From an uncultured bacterium (lineage in GTDB: Bacteria; Oederibacteriota; PGYV01; CAWJRG01): a stretch of 64,000 nucleotides of DNA. Positions 59,073 to 64,000 of the stretch are shown here, piece after piece. Where the stretch lies: positions 640,001-704,000 of the forward strand of contig CAWJRG010000009.1 in assembly GCA_963845185.1 (NCBI GenBank), written 5' to 3'. The notes beneath the pieces are model-generated. The model did no database searches. It was not told the DNA's origin and saw only the letters and a list, made by a program, of their open reading frames with translations. Within the stretch, counting starts at the first letter, position 1. Every line of letters starts with the position of its first letter. Position numbers and translations under genes: made by a program.

Positions 59073-59927
59073 ATGAAAAAAATTCCAGTTATAATTTTAT
59101 TAATATTTTGCTTTGGCTTATTTACATATTCTGATAACGACGAAGCGCAAAAATATTATAATTCCGGTTTTGATAAGGTTAATTCAGGTGACTATAAAGG
59201 GGCAATTGAAGATTATAATAAGGCAATAGAACTCGACCCGAATTCTGCCGGTGCTTATAGCAGTCGTGGTGTTATCAAAAGCATATTGAGCGACTATAAA
59301 GGAGTAATTGAGGATTGTACTAAAGCAATAGAACTTGATCCAAACTATAAGGATGCTTATTATAACCGCGGAACAGCCAAAGATTTATCAGGCGACTATA
59401 ATGGAGCAATCGAAGACTATAATAAAACAATAGAACTCGAACCTAATTATAAGAAAGCTTATTGCAACCGCGGAAATAGTAAAGATAGCTTAGGCGACTA
59501 TAAAGGGGCAATTGAGGACTATAACAAGGCAATAGAACTTGACCCGAACTATGCCGATGCTTATTATAACCGGGGAGGTACTAAAGTTAAATCAGACGAC
59601 CCTGCGGGTGCGATTAAAGATTATAACAGAGCAATAAGTTTTAACCCAAAATATGCTGTGAAAGCTTATAACGGAAAATATGCGGCGAAAGCGTATAATA
59701 AAATGGGGATGGATAAAATGGTGGAAGAAGACCCTAAAGGAGCACTTAAAGATTTTAATAATGCGATAAAGCTTGACTCAAAGTTATCAGAGTCTTATTA
59801 CTATCGCGGACTAATCAAATTTATAGCTTTAAAGGATAAAAAAGGCGCACTAAAAGATTTAAATACTGCCAAAGAACTGGGTTACGATAAAGCGTATAAC
59901 GCAATTAAAAAAATTAAAGGCAAATAA
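59073..59927 (+). CDS. Secreted TPR-repeat protein
   Basis: Signal peptide plus about seven 'GDYKGAIEDYNKAIELDP' repeats. Confidence 0.9.
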   Translation: MKKIPVIILLIFCFGLFTYSDNDEAQKYYNSGFDKVNSGDYKGAIEDYNKAIELDPNSAGAYSSRGVIKSILSDYKGVIEDCTKAIELDPNYKDAYYNRGTAKDLSGDYNGAIEDYNKTIELEPNYKKAYCNRGNSKDSLGDYKGAIEDYNKAIELDPNYADAYYNRGGTKVKSDDPAGAIKDYNRAISFNPKYAVKAYNGKYAAKAYNKMGMDKMVEEDPKGALKDFNNAIKLDSKLSESYYYRGLIKFIALKDKKGALKDLNTAKELGYDKAYNAIKKIKGK

Positions 59928-59944
59928 AACGGAGGTGGTTATGA

Positions 59945-61852
59945 GTGCGCCGAGAAAAGCGTATCGGTTCGCGCTGGTGAAAGTCCAGCCTGGGCAAAGG
60001 TCAGCCGCCAGCCCAATACCAAATTCCACAAATAGTGAGGCAACGAGCTAAATGAAGCTGGAAGGCGGGAGACATCGGGATACAACGCAAGTGAAGGTAT
60101 TGAGCCCCGAAATCGCCAACGTGTCGGAGGCCGACATTTTTCATAAAAGAGCAGGCAGCAGTCCCACAATCATAAAAAGGCGAGAGAGTGGGAATCCGAC
60201 GGGGTCTAAGTCCGTGTCAAGATGTCAAGGAGCAGATATGAACTCGGGAGAGCCGGGACACCCTCAAAACGAGAGTATGCGGCGACAAATCCTAAAAGAT
60301 AAGGAGCCGCAAAAGATGTTCCGGCAGTCTGACTATCCCATAGTATCGATGAAGTCTACGAAAAGTAGATGGAGAAAAGGGGATAGAGGGAATGCGTATG
60401 GACATAAGGGAGACAACCGCCACACACAGAGGTGGAGACGGAATGGCAACAAAACTTATGACCATAACAATGCGGGCAAAGGAAAATCCAAAATTGAGAT
60501 TTACATCGCTGATACACCTGCTCAATGAGGAGTTTCTAATGGAGTGCTTTGGGGAGTTAAAACAGGACAAAGCCCCGGGCATTGACGGAGTAAGGATAGA
60601 GGAATATGAAGTCAACAAAGAGGCAAATATCAAGGATTTAATCAATAGGATGAAGGCGTGGAGATACATACCGCAACCAACAAGGCGCGTCTACATCCCC
60701 AAGACAAACGGAGACAAGAGGCCGCTGGGAATACCTGCCGTCGAGGATAAGATAATCCAGATGGGGGTAAAGAAAATTCTTGAGTCAATCTTTGAGGTAG
60801 ACTTCAGCGAAGTATCTTACGGGTTCAGGCCTGACAGAAATTGTCATCAGGCATTGAAAATTCTGGATAAGGAAGTAATGACAAAGCCAGTCAACGCAGT
60901 AGTGGATATGGACATTGAGAAGTTTTTCGATACCATAAACCACAAATGGCTAATGAAATGCCTTACGCAAAGGATTGCCGATACAAACCTGATAAGGTTA
61001 ATCGGCAGGATATTAAATGCAGGGATTATGGAAGAAGGTAAGTTTATCGAAACGGATAAAGGGACGCCGCAGGGCGGAATACTAAGCCCATTACTGGCGA
61101 ACATCTACCTACACTACATATTAGACCTGTGGTTCGAAAGGCATGTCAAGAGACAGCTCAAAGGATACGCCAGTCTGATACGTTATGCCGATGACTTTGT
61201 TGTGCTGTTCCAATATGACAGCGAAGCAAAGGAGTTTGGCGAAATGTTAAGACAGAGGCTTGATAAGTTTGGCCTCAAAATCGCCAAAGATAAATCGAGA
61301 ATAATCGTATTCGGGCGCCACGCCTGGTATAAGTCCAAAGATACAGGCGGGAAAATTCCGACCTTTGATTTCCTCGGGTTTACTCATTACTGCGACAAAA
61401 CCAGAAAGGGCGGCTTCAAATTAGGCCGAAGGACGGCAAGTACAAAATTCAAACAGAAGATGAAGGCGACGAACTTCTGGCTAAAGAGCGTAAGAAATCT
61501 TGTGGAATTAAAACAGTGGTGGCAGGCATTAGGAAGAAAGTTAACGGGCCACTACAATTATTACGGGATAAGCGGTAATATGCCCCAAATAACAAAATTC
61601 TACTGGAGAAATCGTGCGCTCGCCTATAAATGGATAAACAGGCGAAGCCAGAAAAGAAGTTACAACTGGGAACAGTTTTGCCGCTTTCTAAAGATACAAC
61701 CCATTGCCGGAACCCAGGATATATCATTTAACCTATTCGCTGTCATCGTATTAGGAAGTATTCCCGTGGAGCCGAATGACCGAAACGGTCACGTTCGGTT
61801 CTGAGAGGGGCATTAAGTAACCAAAGGAGGTTATAAAAGATGTCTACTCACA
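59945..61852 (+). mobile_element. Group II intron
   Basis: 5' GTGCG at 59945; domain V GAGCCGAATGACCGAAACGGTCACGTTCGGTTC at 61769-61801; domain VI with bulged A at 61846; internal RT ORF; 3' end could be off by 1 nt. Confidence 0.92.
60443..61754 (+). CDS. ltrA: Group II intron reverse transcriptase/maturase, no endonuclease domain; frameshift near 61692
   Basis: APGIDG, RPLGIP..EDK, SYGFRP, GTPQGG.LSP.LAN.YL, RYADD, FDFLGF; natural C-terminus YNPLPEPRIYHLTY lies in a shifted frame ending TAG 61754. Confidence 0.9.
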
Positions 61853-62853
61853 AAAAAATCTTAATCTCAGTACTAATTTTAATTGCAATTTTATTTACAA
61901 TCACATGTTCAAAAAATTCTTCATCTTCTTCGGCGTCACCATCCGGCCCCAACCCGACACCGGTTATAACCCCGGTCCCTACGGCCGGATATCCGTATTC
62001 GGATCTTGTACCTGCTTCCGGTGGCGCATTTACCCAGTCAGATACGTCTGGAAACAGTTTCTCCTCCACAGTCTCTGCTTTTAAAATAGGAAAGTATCAG
62101 GTGACCTATGATTTGTGGTACAAGGTACGACTTTGGACAGTTGCCAATGGATATACTTTTGCTTATTCAGGCCACGAAGGCAATACCGGGGCAGAAGGAG
62201 CAGTAACAACTACTGCAAAATACCTGCCGGTCACATATATAAGCTGGAGGGATGCCGTAGTATGGTGCAATGCATACAGCCAGATGACTGGGCTTACGCC
62301 TGTATACTGCACAGATTCAGGGTATGCCACGCCAATCAAGACTTCCATAGATGCAAGTTATGGCAGCAGTGTAGATACTGCTAACGGCAGTATTGATAAT
62401 CCATACGTGAACTGGAACGCAAACGGATACAGGCTGCCTACGGAGAGCGAATATCAGTACGCGGCAAGTTACATAGACGGCACAAACTGGACACCGTATA
62501 ACTATGCCAGCGGTGCAGAAGATATCTACTCGGACATAGCAGCGACCAGTCTTGTAGCGTGGTTTTATAGCGATTGCTCCGACATGCAGGCTGTGGGCTT
62601 GTTAAATGCAAACAAGCTTGGAATATATGATATGTCGGGAAATGTGCAGGAGTGGTGCTGGGATTGGTTTGGAACATATCCAACCACGGCTCAAACAGAT
62701 TACAGGGGCCCTGCGAGCGGTTCTGCCCGCGCATTACGCGGCGGAAGCTATACTGATTACGCAGCAGCCATGGAGGTCGGCATCCGTATAAGCAACGGCC
62801 CGTATAACTCGGGAAACCTGCTTCTCGGCTTCCGTGTTGCAAGGACGTATTAA
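61840..62853 (+). CDS. FGE-sulfatase (SUMF1-like) domain lipoprotein; original start ATG 59941 is interrupted by the intron
   Basis: ITCSK lipobox-like; PV..ISW.DA..WCN, GYRLPTE.E.QYAA, N.LGIYDMSGNVQEWCWD, RGGS, GFRVAR. Confidence 0.9.
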   Translation: MSTHKKILISVLILIAILFTITCSKNSSSSSASPSGPNPTPVITPVPTAGYPYSDLVPASGGAFTQSDTSGNSFSSTVSAFKIGKYQVTYDLWYKVRLWTVANGYTFAYSGHEGNTGAEGAVTTTAKYLPVTYISWRDAVVWCNAYSQMTGLTPVYCTDSGYATPIKTSIDASYGSSVDTANGSIDNPYVNWNANGYRLPTESEYQYAASYIDGTNWTPYNYASGAEDIYSDIAATSLVAWFYSDCSDMQAVGLLNANKLGIYDMSGNVQEWCWDWFGTYPTTAQTDYRGPASGSARALRGGSYTDYAAAMEVGIRISNGPYNSGNLLLGFRVARTY

Positions 62854-62893
62854 AAAGAAACGCGATATTTATCAATCTAATGCGAGGTAAAAA

Positions 62894-63697
62894 ATGATGA
62901 AAAAAATCTTAATCCCTGTTTTTATTTTAATTGCAATCTTGTTTACAATCACATGTTCAAAAAAGAAATCCAGCCCATCCGGGCCGGGCGGGGGCAGCAA
63001 TAACGGGAACCGCTTAAGCAAAGTTATGTTTTATGATTCTTCGTCCACGCTACAGGACTACGAGACTTTTAGTTATGACAGTAACGGGAACCTTTTGCAA
63101 ATGTCGGGTTACAGCCCGTCTGACGCGCTTGTAAGCTACGCGACTTTTAATTATAATACAAACAGCAGGCTTACGCAATGTTCAGTTTATGACGCTTCCA
63201 ATGTATTGCAGAGTTATTACACAATCTCATACGGCGCAGGCGGCAATGTGGCGCAGTCTTCGGATTATAATGCATCGTCCGTACTGCAGAATTACACGAC
63301 ATTTGACACGTATAACACAAACAACAAAGTTACACAAGAATCGTATTACGACGGCTCCGCTGTCTTGCAGTTTTATACCACGTACCAATATAATAGCAGC
63401 AACAACCTGACGCAGTGGACAGAATACAATCCGTCAGCAGTCATGCAGGGCTACGACACATTTCAGTATGACTCAAGCGGAAAATGGGTGCAATATTCAG
63501 CCTTTAATTCGTCGTCCGCGCTGGCGCAATACGATACCCTGCAATACGACAGCAGCGGAAGGCTGTCTAACAGGTCTACATATAACGCCTCTAACGCACT
63601 GCAAAATTACAAAACTTTCACCTACGAGCAGGGCGCATATAATACAAATAGTTATTTTGATTTTTCAACACCGGGAAATTTTTGCGTCACATTTTAA
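62894..63697 (+). CDS. Lipoprotein with about eight 26-aa YD-like repeats
   Basis: ITCSKKKSSP; 'Y.AS.VLQ.Y.TF.YDS.G' repeats. Confidence 0.8.
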   Translation: MMKKILIPVFILIAILFTITCSKKKSSPSGPGGGSNNGNRLSKVMFYDSSSTLQDYETFSYDSNGNLLQMSGYSPSDALVSYATFNYNTNSRLTQCSVYDASNVLQSYYTISYGAGGNVAQSSDYNASSVLQNYTTFDTYNTNNKVTQESYYDGSAVLQFYTTYQYNSSNNLTQWTEYNPSAVMQGYDTFQYDSSGKWVQYSAFNSSSALAQYDTLQYDSSGRLSNRSTYNASNALQNYKTFTYEQGAYNTNSYFDFSTPGNFCVTF

Positions 63698-63859
63698 TTT
63701 TTTTTAAATGCAAAGATTTACCGGAAATAAAATCCGGAAAGTATCCGCGGCGTGAATGCCGGGACTGAACGGACATACATACGGCAATTACTGACAAAAT
63801 TATAACCCGGGGATATACTTGTAATCAGTTTTAATTTTTAATTTGGTATGGAGGTAATT

Positions 63860-64000
63860 ATGAAAAAAATCCTGATTACATCATTAATCCCTGCATTAAT
63901 TTTTGCTGCAATTACCTGCAGAAAGACTTCTCCGCCTGCTTTTCCTGCGGCAACAAATACTCCAAATGCCGGGCAGACAGTGGAGGCAGTATTGACTGCG
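63860..64000 (+). CDS. Lipoprotein, 3' partial
   Basis: RBS GGAGG; MKKILITSLIPALIFAAITCRKTSPPA, same signal-peptide family. Confidence 0.75.
   Translation, partial: MKKILITSLIPALIFAAITCRKTSPPAFPAATNTPNAGQTVEAVLTA

Noticed and set aside
60052..60528. 158-aa ORF inside the intron
   Set aside because: It overlaps structured intron domains I-IV and has no protein motif.
60443..62853. Diversity-generating retroelement (RT next to an FGE/C-type-lectin-fold gene)
   Set aside because: The RT has group II intron motifs and lies between GTGCG and domains V/VI. I found no template repeat matching the FGE gene 3' end with adenine-specific differences, and no Avd-like gene.

Overview
64 kb of bacterial (diderm) DNA in which essentially every credible gene is on the + strand. 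It reads as accessory genome and has no rRNA, tRNA, CRISPR array or integrase that I could find. Contents: (1) many secreted and lipoprotein paralogs with Thr/Pro-rich linkers (Kelch/Asp-box, NHL, CBM11/CIA30-like, GH5, FGE-sulfatase), two large proteins with a 'YPNP' C-terminal sorting-type domain, and a PorV-like gene; (2) a defence island at about 15.4-30.3 kb (DUF1016, Fic, EVE-nuclease, a type III R-M whose mod and res are separated by inserted genes); (3) about six toxin-antitoxin pairs; (4) a group II intron inserted 4 nt into a lipoprotein gene. The most unusual non-coding signals are: a ~100-nt two-hairpin element with compensatory base changes in about 13 copies, doubled between promoter and RBS of three TA operons; an array of seven different 6-3-6 palindromes in a constant frame, bracketed by a perfect 38-bp direct repeat (33.6-34.3 kb); three copies of the first 15 codons of res marking successive insertions; and a duplicated 17-codon leader ORF. 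Several single-base frameshifts may be sequencing errors. All calls come from reading motifs by eye; no database searches were run.
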